Shown here: one piece after another, positions 1 to 14,350 of the stretch
How positions within the stretch are numbered: the stretch's first letter is position 1
How the letters are laid out: each line of letters opens with the position of its first letter
Source of the DNA: Nemertoderma westbladi
Taxonomy: Eukaryota > Animalia > Xenacoelomorpha
Assembly (NCBI GenBank): GCA_032718475.1
Contig: JAUCBJ010008339.1
Location: 1-57,587, forward strand
Direction: 5' to 3'
Length of the DNA: 57,587 bases
The notes under the pieces: model-generated
Told to the model about the DNA's origin: nothing
The model's input: the letters and a program-made list of their open reading frames with translations, nothing else
The model's database searches: none
Made by a program: the position numbers and the translations under genes

Positions 1-3000
1 TAGACCCTCACACAGACGGAGGAAAGCGCTATAACAGTAGACCCTCACACAGACGGAGGAAAGCGCTATAACAGTAGACCCTCACACAGACGGAGGAAAG
101 CGCTATAACAGTAGACCCTCACACAGACGGAGGAAAGCGCTATAACAGTAGACCCTCACACAGACGGAGGAAAGCGCTATAACAGTAGACCCTCACACAG
201 ACGGAGGAAAGCGCTATAACAGTAGACCCTCACACAGACGGAGGAAAGCGCTATAACAGTAGACCCTCACACAGACGGAGGAAAGCGCTATAACAGTAGA
301 CCCTCACACAGACGGAGGAAAGCGCTATAACAGTAGACCCTCACACAGACGGAGGAAAGCGCTATAACAGTAGACCCTCACACAGACGGAGGAAAGCGCT
401 ATAACAGTAGACCCTCACACAGACGGAGGAAAGCGCTATAACAGTAGACCCTCACACAGACGGAGTAAAGCGCTATAACAGTAGACCCTCACACAGACGG
501 AGGAAAGCGCTATAACAGTAGACCCTCACACAGACGGAGGAAAGCGCTATAACAGTAGACCCTCACACAGACGGAGGAAAGCGCTATAACAGTAGACCCT
601 CACACAGACGGAGGAAAGCGCTATAACAGTAGACCCTCACACAGACGGAGGAAAGCGCTATAACAGTAGACCCTCACACAGACGGAGGAAAGCGCTATAA
701 CAGTAGACCCTCACACAGACGGAGGAAAGCGCTATAACAGTAGACCCTCACACAGACGGAGGAAAGCGCTATAACAGTAGACCCTCACACAGACGGAGGA
801 AAGCGCTATAACAGTAGACCCTCACACAGACGGAGGAAAGCGCTATAACAGTAGACCCTCACACAGACGGAGGAAAGCGCTATAACAGTAGACCCTCACA
901 CAGACGGAGGAAAGCGCTATAACAGTAGACCCTCACACAGACGGAGGAAAGCGCTATAACAGTAGACCCTCACACAGACGGAGGAAAGCGCTATAACAGT
1001 AGACCCTCACACAGACGGAGGAAAGCGCTATAACAGTAGACCCTCACACAGACGGAGGAAAGCGCTATAACAGTAGACCCTCACACAGACGGAGGAAAGC
1101 GCTATAACAGTAGACCCTCACACAGACGGAGGAAAGCGCTATAACAGTAGACCCTCACACAGACGGAGGAAAGCGCTATAACAGTAGACCCTCACACAGA
1201 CGGAGGAAAGCGCTATAACAGTAGACCCTCACACAGACGGAGGAAAGCGCTATAACAGTAGACCCTCACACAGACGGAGGAAAGCGCTATAACAGTAGAC
1301 CCTCACACAGACGGAGTAAAGCGCTATAACAGTAGACCCTCACACAGACGGAGGAAAGCGCTATAACAGTAGACCCTCACACAGACGGAGGAAAGCGCTA
1401 TAACAGTAGACCCTCACACAGACGGAGGAAAGCGCTATAACAGTAGACCCTCACACAGACGGAGGAAAGCGCTATAACAGTAGACCCTCACACAGACGGA
1501 GGAAAGCGCTATAACAGTAGACCCTCACACAGACGGAGGAAAGCGCTATAACAGTAGACCCTCACACAGACGGAGTAAAGCGCTATAACAGTAGACCCTC
1601 ACACAGACGGAGTAAAGCGCTATAACAGTAGACCCTCACACAGACGGAGTAAAGCGCTATAACAGTAGACCCTCACACAGACGGAGGAAAGCGCTATAAC
1701 AGTAGACCCTCACACAGACGGAGGAAAGCGCTATAACAGTAGACCCTCACACAGACGGAGGAAAGCGCTATAACAGTAGACCCTCACACAGACGGAGGAA
1801 AGCGCTATAACAGTAGACCCTCACACAGACGGAGGAAAGCGCTATAACAGTAGACCCTCACACAGACGGAGGAAAGCGCTATAACAGTAGACCCTCACAC
1901 AGACGGAGGAAAGCGCTATAACAGTAGACCCTCACACAGACGGAGGAAAGCGCTATAACAGTAGACCCTCACACAGACGGAGTAAAGCGCTATAACAGTA
2001 GACCCTCACACAGACGGAGGAAAGCGCTATAACAGTAGACCCTCACACAGACGGAGGAAAGCGCTATAACAGTAGACCCTCACACAGACGGAGGAAAGCG
2101 CTATAACAGTAGACCCTCACACAGACGGAGGAAAGCGCTATAACAGTAGACCCTCACACAGACGGAGGAAAGCGCTATAACAGTAGACCCTCACACAGAC
2201 GGAGGAAAGCGCTATAACAGTAGACCCTCACACAGACGGAGGAAAGCGCTATAACAGTAGACCCTCACACAGACGGAGGAAAGCGCTATAACAGTAGACC
2301 CTCACACAGACGGAGGAAAGCGCTATAACAGTAGACCCTCACACAGACGGAGGAAAGCGCTATAACAGTAGACCCTCACACAGACGGAGTAAAGCGCTAT
2401 AACAGTAGACCCTCACACAGACGGAGGAAAGCGCTATAACAGTAGACCCTCACACAGACGGAGGAAAGCGCTATAACAGTAGACCCTCACACAGACGGAG
2501 GAAAGCGCTATAACAGTAGACCCTCACACAGACGGAGGAAAGCGCTATAACAGTAGACCCTCACACAGACGGAGTAAAGCGCTATAACAGTAGACCCTCA
2601 CACAGACGGAGGAAAGCGCTATAACAGTAGACCCTCACACAGACGGAGGAAAGCGCTATAACAGTAGACCCTCACACAGACGGAGGAAAGCGCTATAACA
2701 GTAGACCCTCACACAGACGGAGGAAAGCGCTATAACAGTAGACCCTCACACAGACGGAGGAAAGCGCTATAACAGTAGACCCTCACACAGACGGAGGAAA
2801 GCGCTATAACAGTAGACCCTCACACAGACGGAGGAAAGCGCTATAACAGTAGACCCTCACACAGACGGAGGAAAGCGCTATAACAGTAGACCCTCACACA
2901 GACGGAGGAAAGCGCTATAACAGTAGACCCTCACACAGACGGAGTAAAGCGCTATAACAGTAGACCCTCACACAGACGGAGTAAAGCGCTATAACAGTAG

Positions 3001-6000
3001 ACCCTCACACAGACGGAGGAAAGCGCTATAACAGTAGACCCTCACACAGACGGAGGAAAGCGCTATAACAGTAGACCCTCACACAGACGGAGGAAAGCGC
3101 TATAACAGTAGACCCTCACACAGACGGAGGAAAGCGCTATAACAGTAGACCCTCACACAGACGGAGTAAAGCGCTATAACAGTAGACCCTCACACAGACG
3201 GAGGAAAGCGCTATAACAGTAGACCCTCACACAGACGGAGTAAAGCGCTATAACAGTAGACCCTCACACAGACGGAGTAAAGCGCTATAACAGTAGACCC
3301 TCACACAGACGGAGGAAAGCGCTATAACAGTAGACCCTCACACAGACGGAGGAAAGCGCTATAACAGTAGACCCTCACACAGACGGAGGAAAGCGCTATA
3401 ACAGTAGACCCTCACACAGACGGAGGAAAGCGCTATAACAGTAGACCCTCACACAGACGGAGGAAAGCGCTATAACAGTAGACCCTCACACAGACGGAGG
3501 AAAGCGCTATAACAGTAGACCCTCACACAGACGGAGGAAAGCGCTATAACAGTAGACCCTCACACAGACGGAGGAAAGCGCTATAACAGTAGACCCTCAC
3601 ACAGACGGAGGAAAGCGCTATAACAGTAGACCCTCACACAGACGGAGGAAAGCGCTATAACAGTAGACCCTCACACAGACAGAGGAAAGCGCTATAACAG
3701 TAGACCCTCACACAGACGGAGGAAAGCGCTATAACAGTAGACCCTCACACAGACGGAGGAAAGCGCTATAACAGTAGACCCTCACACAGACGGAGTAAAG
3801 CGCTATAACAGTAGACCCTCACACAGACAGAGGAAAGCGCTATAACAGTAGACCCTCACACAGACGGAGGAAAGCGCTATAACAGTAGACCCTCACACAG
3901 ACAGAGGAAAGCGCTATAACAGTAGACCCTCACACAGACGGAGGAAAGCGCTATAACAGTAGACCCTCACACAGACGGAGGAAAGCGCTATAACAGTAGA
4001 CCCTCACACAGACGGAGGAAAGCGCTATAACAGTAGACCCTCACACAGACGGAGGAAAGCGCTATAACAGTAGACCCTCACACAGACGGAGGAAAGCGCT
4101 ATAACAGTAGACCCTCACACAGACGGAGGAAAGCGCTATAACAGTAGACCCTCACACAGACGGAGTAAAGCGCTATAACAGTAGACCCTCACACAGACGG
4201 AGTAAAGCGCTATAACAGTAGACCCTCACACAGACAGAGGAAAGCGCTATAACAGTAGACCCTCACACAGACGGAGGAAAGCGCTATAACAGTAGACCCT
4301 CACACAGACGGAGGAAAGCGCTATAACAGTAGACCCTCACACAGACGGAGGAAAGCGCTATAACAGTAGACCCTCACACAGACGGAGTAAAGCGCTATAA
4401 CAGTAGACCCTCACACAGACGGAGGAAAGCGCTATAACAGTAGACCCTCACACAGACGGAGTAAAGCGCTATAACAGTAGACCCTCACACAGACGGAGTA
4501 AAGCGCTATAACAGTAGACCCTCACACAGACAGAGGAAAGCGCTATAACAGTAGACCCTCACACAGACGGAGGAAAGCGCTATAACAGTAGACCCTCACA
4601 CAGACGGAGGAAAGCGCTATAACAGTAGACCCTCACACAGACAGAGGAAAGCGCTATAACAGTAGACCCTCACACAGACGGAGGAAAGCGCTATAACAGT
4701 AGACACTCACACAGACGGAGGAAAGCGCTATAACAGTAGACCCTCACACAGACGGAGGAAAGCGCTATGACAGTAGACACTCACACAGACAGAGGAAAGC
4801 GCTATAACAGTAGACCCTCACACAGACGGAGGAAAGCGCTATAACAGTAGACCCTCACACAGACGGAGGAAAGCGCTATGACAGTAGACACTCACACAGA
4901 CAGAGGAAAGCGCTATAACAGTAGACCCTCACACAGATGGAGGAAAGCGCTATGACAGTAGACCCTCACACAGACGGAGGAAAGCGCTATAACAGTAGAC
5001 CCTCACACAGACGGAGGAAAGCGCTATGACAGTAGACACTCACACAGACAGAGGAAAGCGCTATAACAGTAGACCCTCACACAGATGGAGGAAAGCGCTA
5101 TGACAGTAGACCCTCACACAGACGGAGGAAAGCGCTATAACAGTAGACCCTCACACAGACGGAGGAAAGCGCTATGACAGTAGACACTCACACAGACAGA
5201 GGAAAGCGCTATAACAGTAGACCCTCACACAGATGGAGGAAAGCGCTATGACAGTAGACCCTCACACAGACGGAGGAAAGCGCTATAACAGTAGACCCTC
5301 ACACAGACAGAGGAAAGCGCTATAACAGTAGACCCTCACACAGACGGAGGAAAGCGCTATGACAGTAGACACTCACACAGACAGAGGAAAGCGCTATAAC
5401 AGTAGACCCTCACACAGATGGAGGAAAGCGCTATGACAGTAGACCCTCACACAGACGGAGGAAAGCGCTATGACAGTAGACCCTCACACAGACGGAGGAA
5501 AGCGCTATAACAGTAGACCCTCACACAGACGGAGGAAAGCGCTATGACAGTAGACCCTCACACAGACGGAGGAAAGCGCTATAACAGTAGACCCTCACAC
5601 AGACGGAGGAAAGCGCTATAACAGTAGACCCTCACACAGACGGAGGAAAGCGCTATGACAGTAGACACTCACACAGACAGAGGAAAGCGCTATAACAGTA
5701 GACCCTCACACAGACGGAGGAAAGCGCTATGACAGTAGACCCTCACACAGACGGAGGAAAGCGCTATAACAGTAGACCCTCACACAGACGGAGGAAAGCG
5801 CTATAACAGTAGACCCTCACACAGACAGAGGAAAGCGCTATAACAGTAGACCCTCACACAGACGGAGGAAAGCGCTATAACAGTAGACCCTCACACAGAC
5901 GGAGGAAAGCGCTATAACAGTAGACCCTCACACAGACGGAGGAAAGCGCTATAACAGTAGACCCTCACACAGACGGAGGAAAGCGCTATGACAGTAGACC

Positions 6001-9000
6001 CTCACACAGACAGAGGAAAGCGCTATAACAGTAGACCCTCACACAGACGGAGGAAAGCGCTATAACAGTAGACCCTCACACAGACGGAGGAAAGCGCTAT
6101 AACAGTAGACCCTCACACAGACGGAGGAAAGCGCTATAACAGTAGACCCTCACACAGACGGAGGAAAGCGCTATAACAGTAGACCCTCACACAGACGGAG
6201 GAAAGCGCTATAACAGTAGACCCTCACACAGACGGAGGAAAGCGCTATAACAGTAGACCCTCACACAGACGGAGGAAAGCGCTATAACAGTAGACCCTCA
6301 CACAGACGGAGGAAAGCGCTATGACAGTAGACCCTCACACAGACGGAGGAAAGCGCTATAACAGTAGACCCTCACACAGACGGAGGAAAGCGCTATAACA
6401 GTAGACCCTCACACAGACGGAGGAAAGCGCTATAACAGTAGACCCTCACACAGACGGAGGAAAGCGCTATAACAGTAGACCCTCACACAGACGGAGGAAA
6501 GCGCTATAACAGTAGACCCTCACACAGACGGAGGAAAGCGCTATAACAGTAGACCCTCACACAGACGGAGGAAAGCGCTATAACAGTAGACCCTCACACA
6601 GACGGAGGAAAGCGCTATAACAGTAGACCCTCACACAGACGGAGGAAAGCGCTATAACAGTAGACCCTCACACAGACGGAGGAAAGCGCTATAACAGTAG
6701 ACCCTCACACAGACGGAGGAAAGCGCTATAACAGTAGACCCTCACACAGACGGAGGAAAGCGCTATAACAGTAGACCCTCACACAGACAGAGGAAAGCGC
6801 TATAACAGTAGACCCTCACACAGACGGAGGAAAGCGCTATAACAGTAGACCCTCACACAGACGGAGGAAAGCGCTATAACAGTAGACCCTCACACAGACG
6901 GAGGAAAGCGCTATAACAGTAGACCCTCACACAGACGGAGGAAAGCGCTATAACAGTAGACCCTCAGGAAAGCGCTATAACAGTAGACACTCACACAGAC
7001 GGAGGAAAGCGCTATAACAGTAGACCCTCACACAGACGGAGGAAAGCGCTATAACAGTAGACCCTCACACAGACGGAGGAAAGCGCTATAACAGTAGACC
7101 CTCACACAGACGGAGGAAAGCGCTATAACAGTAGACCCTCACACAGACGGAGGAAAGCGCTATAACAGTAGACCCTCACACAGACGGAGGAAAGCGCTAT
7201 AACAGTAGACCCTCACACAGACGGAGGAAAGCGCTATAACAGTAGACCCTCACACAGACGGAGGAAAGCGCTATAACAGTAGACCCTCACACAGACGGAG
7301 GAAAGCGCTATAACAGTAGACCCTCACACAGACGGAGGAAAGCGCTATAACAGTAGACCCTCACACAGACGGAGGAAAGCGCTATAACAGTAGACCCTCA
7401 CCAGACGGAGGAAAGCGCTATAACAGTAGACACTCACACAGACGGAGGAAAGCGCTATAACAGTAGACCCTCACACAGACGGAGGAAAGCGCTATAACAG
7501 TAGACCCTCACACAGACGGAGGAAAGCGCTATAACAGTAGACCCTCACACAGACGGAGGAAAGCGCTATAACAGTAGACCCTCACACAGACGGAGGAAAG
7601 CGCTATAACAGTAGACCCTCACACAGACGGAGGAAAGCGCTATAACAGTAGACCCTCACACAGACGGAGGAAAGCGCTATAACAGTAGACCCTCACACAG
7701 ACGGAGGAAAGCGCTATAACAGTAGACCCTCACACAGACGGAGGAAAGCGCTATAACAGTAGACCCTCACACAGACGGAGGAAAGCGCTATAACAGTAGA
7801 CCCTCACACAGACGGAGGAAAGCGCTATAACAGTAGACCCTCACACAGACGGAGGAAAGCGCTATAACAGTAGACCCTCACACAGACGGAGGAAAGCGCT
7901 ATAACAGTAGACCCTCACACAGACGGAGGAAAGCGCTATAACAGTAGACCCTCACACAGACGGAGGAAAGCGCTATAACAGTAGACACTCACACAGACGG
8001 AGGAAAGCGCTATAACAGTAGACCCTCACACAGACGGAGGAAAGCGCTATAACAGTAGACCCTCACACAGACGGAGGAAAGCGCTATAACAGTAGACCCT
8101 CACACAGACGGAGGAAAGCGCTATAACAGTAGACCCTCACACAGACGGAGGAAAGCGCTATAACAGTAGACCCTCACACAGACGGAGGAAAGCGCTATAA
8201 CAGTAGACCCTCACACAGACGGAGGAAAGCGCTATAACAGTAGACCCTCACACAGACGGAGGAAAGCGCTATAACAGTAGACCCTCACACAGACGGAGGA
8301 AAGCGCTATAACAGTAGACCCTCACACAGACGGAGGAAAGCGCTATAACAGTAGACCCTCACACAGACGGAGGAAAGCGCTATAACAGTAGACCCTCACA
8401 CAGACGGAGGAAAGCGCTATAACAGTAGACCCTCACACAGACGGAGGAAAGCGCTATAACAGTAGACCCTCACACAGACGGAGGAAAGCGCTATAACAGT
8501 AGACCCTCACACAGACGGAGGAAAGCGCTATAACAGTAGACACTCACACAGACGGAGGAAAGCGCTATAACAGTAGACCCTCACACAGACGGAGGAAAGC
8601 GCTATAACAGTAGACCCTCACACAGACGGAGGAAAGCGCTATAACAGTAGACCCTCACACAGACGGAGGAAAGCGCTATAACAGTAGACCCTCACACAGA
8701 CGGAGGAAAGCGCTATAACAGTAGACCCTCACACAGACGGAGGAAAGCGCTATAACAGTAGACCCTCACACAGACGGAGGAAAGCGCTATAACAGTAGAC
8801 CCTCACACAGACGGAGGAAAGCGCTATAACAGTAGACCCTCACACAGACAGAGGAAAGCGCTATAACAGTAGACCCTCACACAGACGGAGGAAAGCGCTA
8901 TAACAGTAGACCCTCACACAGACGGAGGAAAGCGCTATAACAGTAGACCCTCACACAGACGGAGGAAAGCGCTATGACAGTAGACACTCACACAGACAGA

Positions 9001-12000
9001 GGAAAGCGCTATAACAGTAGACCCTCACACAGACGGAGGAAAGCGCTATAACAGTAGACCCTCACACAGACGGAGGAAAGCGCTATAACAGTAGACCCTC
9101 ACACAGACGGAGGAAAGCGCTATAACAGTAGACCCTCACACAGACGGAGGAAAGCGCTATGACAGTAGACCCTCACACAGACAGAGGAAAGCGCTATAAC
9201 AGTAGACCCTCACACAGACGGAGGAAAGCGCTATAACAGTAGACCCTCACACAGACGGAGGAAAGCGCTATAACAGTAGACCCTCACACAGACGGAGGAA
9301 AGCGCTATAACAGTAGACCCTCACACAGACGGAGGAAAGCGCTATAACAGTAGACCCTCACACAGACGGAGGAAAGCGCTATAACAGTAGACCCTCACAC
9401 AGACGGAGGAAAGCGCTATAACAGTAGACCCTCACACAGACGGAGGAAAGCGCTATAACAGTAGACCCTCACACAGACGGAGGAAAGCGCTATGACAGTA
9501 GACACTCACACAGACAGAGGAAAGCGCTATAACAGTAGACCCTCACACAGACGGAGGAAAGCGCTATAACAGTAGACCCTCACACAGACGGAGGAAAGCG
9601 CTATAACAGTAGACCCTCACACAGACGGAGGAAAGCGCTATAACAGTAGACCCTCACACAGACGGAGGAAAGCGCTATAACAGTAGACCCTCACACAGAC
9701 GGAGGAAAGCGCTATAACAGTAGACCCTCACACAGACGGAGGAAAGCGCTATAACAGTAGACCCTCACACAGACGGAGGAAAGCGCTATAACAGTAGACC
9801 CTCACACAGACGGAGGAAAGCGCTATAACAGTAGACCCTCACACAGACGGAGGAAAGCGCTATAACAGTAGACCCTCACACAGACGGAGGAAAGCGCTAT
9901 AACAGTAGACCCTCACACAGACGGAGGAAAGCGCTATAACAGTAGACCCTCACACAGACGGAGGAAAGCGCTATAACAGTAGACCCTCACACAGACAGAG
10001 GAAAGCGCTATAACAGTAGACCCTCACACAGACGGAGGAAAGCGCTATAACAGTAGACCCTCACACAGACGGAGGAAAGCGCTATAACAGTAGACACTCA
10101 CACAGACGGAGGAAAGCGCTATAACAGTAGACCCTCACACAGACGGAGGAAAGCGCTATAACAGTAGACCCTCACACAGACGGAGGAAAGCGCTATAACA
10201 GTAGACCCTCACACAGACAGAGGAAAGCGCTATAACAGTAGACCCTCACACAGACGGAGGAAAGCGCTATAACAGTAGACCCTCACACAGACGGAGGAAA
10301 GCGCTATAACAGTAGACCCTCACACAGACGGAGGAAAGCGCTATAACAGTAGACCCTCACACAGACGGAGGAAAGCGCTATAACAGTAGACCCTCACACA
10401 GACAGAGGAAAGCGCTATAACAGTAGACCCTCACACAGACGGAGGAAAGCGCTATAACAGTAGACCCTCACACAGACGGAGGAAAGCGCTATAACAGTAG
10501 ACCCTCACACAGACGGAGGAAAGCGCTATAACAGTAGACCCTCACACAGACGGAGGAAAGCGCTATAACAGTAGACCCTCACACAGACGGAGGAAAGCGC
10601 TATGACAGTAGACACTCACACAGACAGAGGAAAGCGCTATAACAGTAGACCCTCACACAGACGGAGGAAAGCGCTATGACAGTAGACCCTCACACAGACA
10701 GAGGAAAGCGCTATAACAGTAGACCCTCACACAGACGGAGGAAAGCGCTATAACAGTAGACCCTCACACAGACGGAGGAAAGCGCTATAACAGTAGACCC
10801 TCACACAGACAGAGGAAAGCGCTATAACAGTAGACCCTCACACAGACGGAGGAAAGCGCTATAACAGTAGACCCTCACACAGACGGAGGAAAGCGCTATA
10901 ACAGTAGACCCTCACACAGACGGAGGAAAGCGCTATGACAGTAGACACTCACACAGACAGAGGAAAGCGCTATAACAGTAGACCCTCACACAGACGGAGG
11001 AAAGCGCTATAACAGTAGACCCTCACACAGACGGAGGAAAGCGCTATGACAGTAGACACTCACACAGACAGAGGAAAGCGCTATAACAGTAGACCCTCAC
11101 ACAGACGGAGGAAAGCGCTATAACAGTAGACCCTCACACAGACGGAGGAAAGCGCTATGACAGTAGACACTCACACAGACGGAGGAAAGCGCTATAACAG
11201 TAGACCCTCACACAGACGGAGGAAAGCGCTATGACAGTAGACACTCACACAGACAGAGGAAAGCGCTATAACAGTAGACCCTCACACAGACGGAGGAAAG
11301 CGCTATAACAGTAGACCCTCACACAGACGGAGGAAAGCGCTATAACAGTAGACCCTCACACAGACGGAGGAAAGCGCTATGACAGTAGACACTCACACAG
11401 ACAGAGGAAAGCGCTATAACAGTAGACCCTCACACAGACGGAGGAAAGCGCTATAACAGTAGACCCTCACACAGACGGAGGAAAGCGCTATAACAGTAGA
11501 CCCTCACACAGACGGAGGAAAGCGCTATAACAGTAGACCCTCACACAGACGGAGGAAAGCGCTATGACAGTAGACCCTCACACAGACAGAGGAAAGCGCT
11601 ATAACAGTAGACCCTCACACAGACGGAGGAAAGCGCTATGACAGTAGACACTCACACAGACAGAGGAAAGCGCTATAACAGTAGACCCTCACACAGACGG
11701 AGGAAAGCGCTATAACAGTAGACCCTCACACAGACGGAGGAAAGCGCTATAACAGTAGACCCTCACACAGACAGAGGAAAGCGCTATAACAGTAGACCCT
11801 CACACAGACGGAGGAAAGCGCTATGACAGTAGACACTCACACAGACAGAGGAAAGCGCTATAACAGTAGACCCTCACACAGACGGAGGAAAGCGCTATAA
11901 CAGTAGACCCTCACACAGACGGAGGAAAGCGCTATGACAGTAGACCCTCACACAGACAGAGGAAAGCGCTATAACAGTAGACCCTCACACAGACGGAGGA

Positions 12001-13710
12001 AAGCGCTATAACAGTAGACCCTCACACAGACGGAGGAAAGCGCTATAACAGTAGACCCTCACACAGACGGAGGAAAGCGCTATAACAGTAGACCCTCACA
12101 CAGACAGAGGAAAGCGCTATAACAGTAGACCCTCACACAGACGGAGGAAAGCGCTATAACAGTAGACCCTCACACAGACAGAGGAAAGCGCTATAACAGT
12201 AGACCCTCACACAGACGGAGGAAAGCGCTATAACAGTAGACCCTCACACAGACGGAGGAAAGCGCTATGACAGTAGACCCTCACACAGACAGAGGAAAGC
12301 GCTATAACAGTAGACCCTCACACAGACGGAGGAAAGCGCTATAACAGTAGACCCTCACACAGACGGAGGAAAGCGCTATAACAGTAGACCCTCACACAGA
12401 CGGAGGAAAGCGCTATAACAGTAGACCCTCACACAGACGGAGGAAAGCGCTATAACAGTAGACCCTCACACAGACGGAGGAAAGCGCTATAACAGTAGAC
12501 CCTCACACAGACGGAGGAAAGCGCTATAACAGTAGACCCTCACACAGACGGAGGAAAGCGCTATAACAGTAGACCCTCACACAGACGGAGGAAAGCGCTA
12601 TAACAGTAGACCCTCACACAGACGGAGGAAAGCGCTATGACAGTAGACACTCACACAGACAGAGGAAAGCGCTATAACAGTAGACCCTCACACAGACGGA
12701 GGAAAGCGCTATGACAGTAGACACTCACACAGACAGAGGAAAGCGCTATAACAGTAGACCCTCACACAGACGGAGGAAAGCGCTATAACAGTAGACCCTC
12801 ACACAGACGGAGGAAAGCGCTATAACAGTAGACCCTCACACAGACGGAGGAAAGCGCTATAACAGTAGACCCTCACACAGACGGAGGAAAGCGCTATAAC
12901 AGTAGACCCTCACACAGACGGAGGAAAGCGCTATAACAGTAGACCCTCACACAGACGGAGGAAAGCGCTATGACAGTAGACCCTCACACAGACGGAGGAA
13001 AGCGCTATAACAGTAGACCCTCACACAGACGGAGGAAAGCGCTATAACAGTAGACCCTCACACAGACGGAGGAAAGCGCTATAACAGTAGACCCTCACCA
13101 GACGGAGGAAAGCGCTATGACAGTAGACACTCACACAGAGGAGGAAAGCGCTATGACAGTAGACACTCACACAGACAGAGGAAAGCGCTATAACAGTAGA
13201 CCCTCACACAGACGGAGGAAAGCGCTATAACAGTAGACCCTCACACAGACGGAGGAAAGCGCTATAACAGTAGACCCTCACACAGACGGAGGACAGCGCT
13301 ATAACAGTAGACCCTCACACAGACGGAGGAAAGCGCTATAACAGTAGACCCTCACACAGACGGAGTAAAGCGCTATAACAGTAGACCCTCACACAGACGG
13401 AGTAAAGCGCTATAACAGTAGACCCTCACACCGACAGAGGAAAGCGCTATAACAGTAGACCCTCACACAGACGGAGGAAAGCGCTATAACAGTAGACCCT
13501 CACACAGACGGAGGAAAGCGCTATAACAGTAGACCCTCACACAGACGGAGTAAAGCGCTATAACAGTAGACCCTCACACAGACGGAGTAAAGCGCTATAA
13601 CAGTAGACCCTCACACAGACAGAGGAAAGCGCTATAACAGTAGACCCTCACACAGATGGAGGAAAGCGCTATAACAGTAGACCCTCACACAGACGGATGA
13701 AAGCGCTATA
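1..13710. repeat. 37-bp tandem satellite, about 370 copies, truncated by the window start
   Basis: Unit TAGACCCTCACACAGACGGAGGAAAGCGCTATAACAG repeated head-to-tail with only a few recurrent SNV variants and rare indels; no spacers. Confidence 0.99.
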
Positions 13711-13971
13711 TAACATATTCATTCCGCTACAATCCGAGGCAGAAATATATCGTTTTTAATGAAGGAATTTGATTTAGAGTCTAAAACTGATGGAAGGCCA
13801 TATAAAGGGATATGCAAACCAAATCAGTCGTTTTCTATATCCAGATCTGTGGGTCACCCATCTTCCTCAAGTATAGATCTAGTTGCGGCCAATGAATAAC
13901 CAGGAGTTAATTAATTCAAATTGGACGAATTGGTGATCAGCTGAGATATCCAAAGTCCAAAGTTGTTGAAA

Positions 13972-14350
13972 AACTCAGATTCCAGAAGCAGTTTATAACG
14001 TTTATATACACTAATGAGTTATTAAATCAGACACCAGAAGCAGTTTATAACGTTTATACACCCTAATGAGTTATTAACTCAGACACCAGAAGCAGTTTAT
14101 AACGTTTATATACACTAATGAGTTGTTAACTCAGACACCAGAAGCAGTTTATAACGTTTATATACACTAATGAGTTATTAACTCAGACACCAGAAGCAGT
14201 TTATAACGTTTATATACACTAATGAGTTATTAACTCAGACACCAGAAGCAGTTTATAACGTTTATATACACTAATGAGTTATTAACTCAGACACCAGAAG
14301 CAGTTTATAACGTTTATATACACTAATGAGTTATTAACTCAGACACCAGA
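13972..14350. repeat. 52-bp minisatellite, about 7 copies
   Basis: AACTCAGACACCAGAAGCAGTTTATAACGTTTATATACACTAATGAGTTATT recurs every 52 bp (e.g. 14076, 14128). Confidence 0.97.

Noticed and set aside
1-13710. CRISPR array (37-bp repeat length is CRISPR-like)
   Set aside because: Units are contiguous with no unique spacers, there are no cas genes, and the context is eukaryotic.
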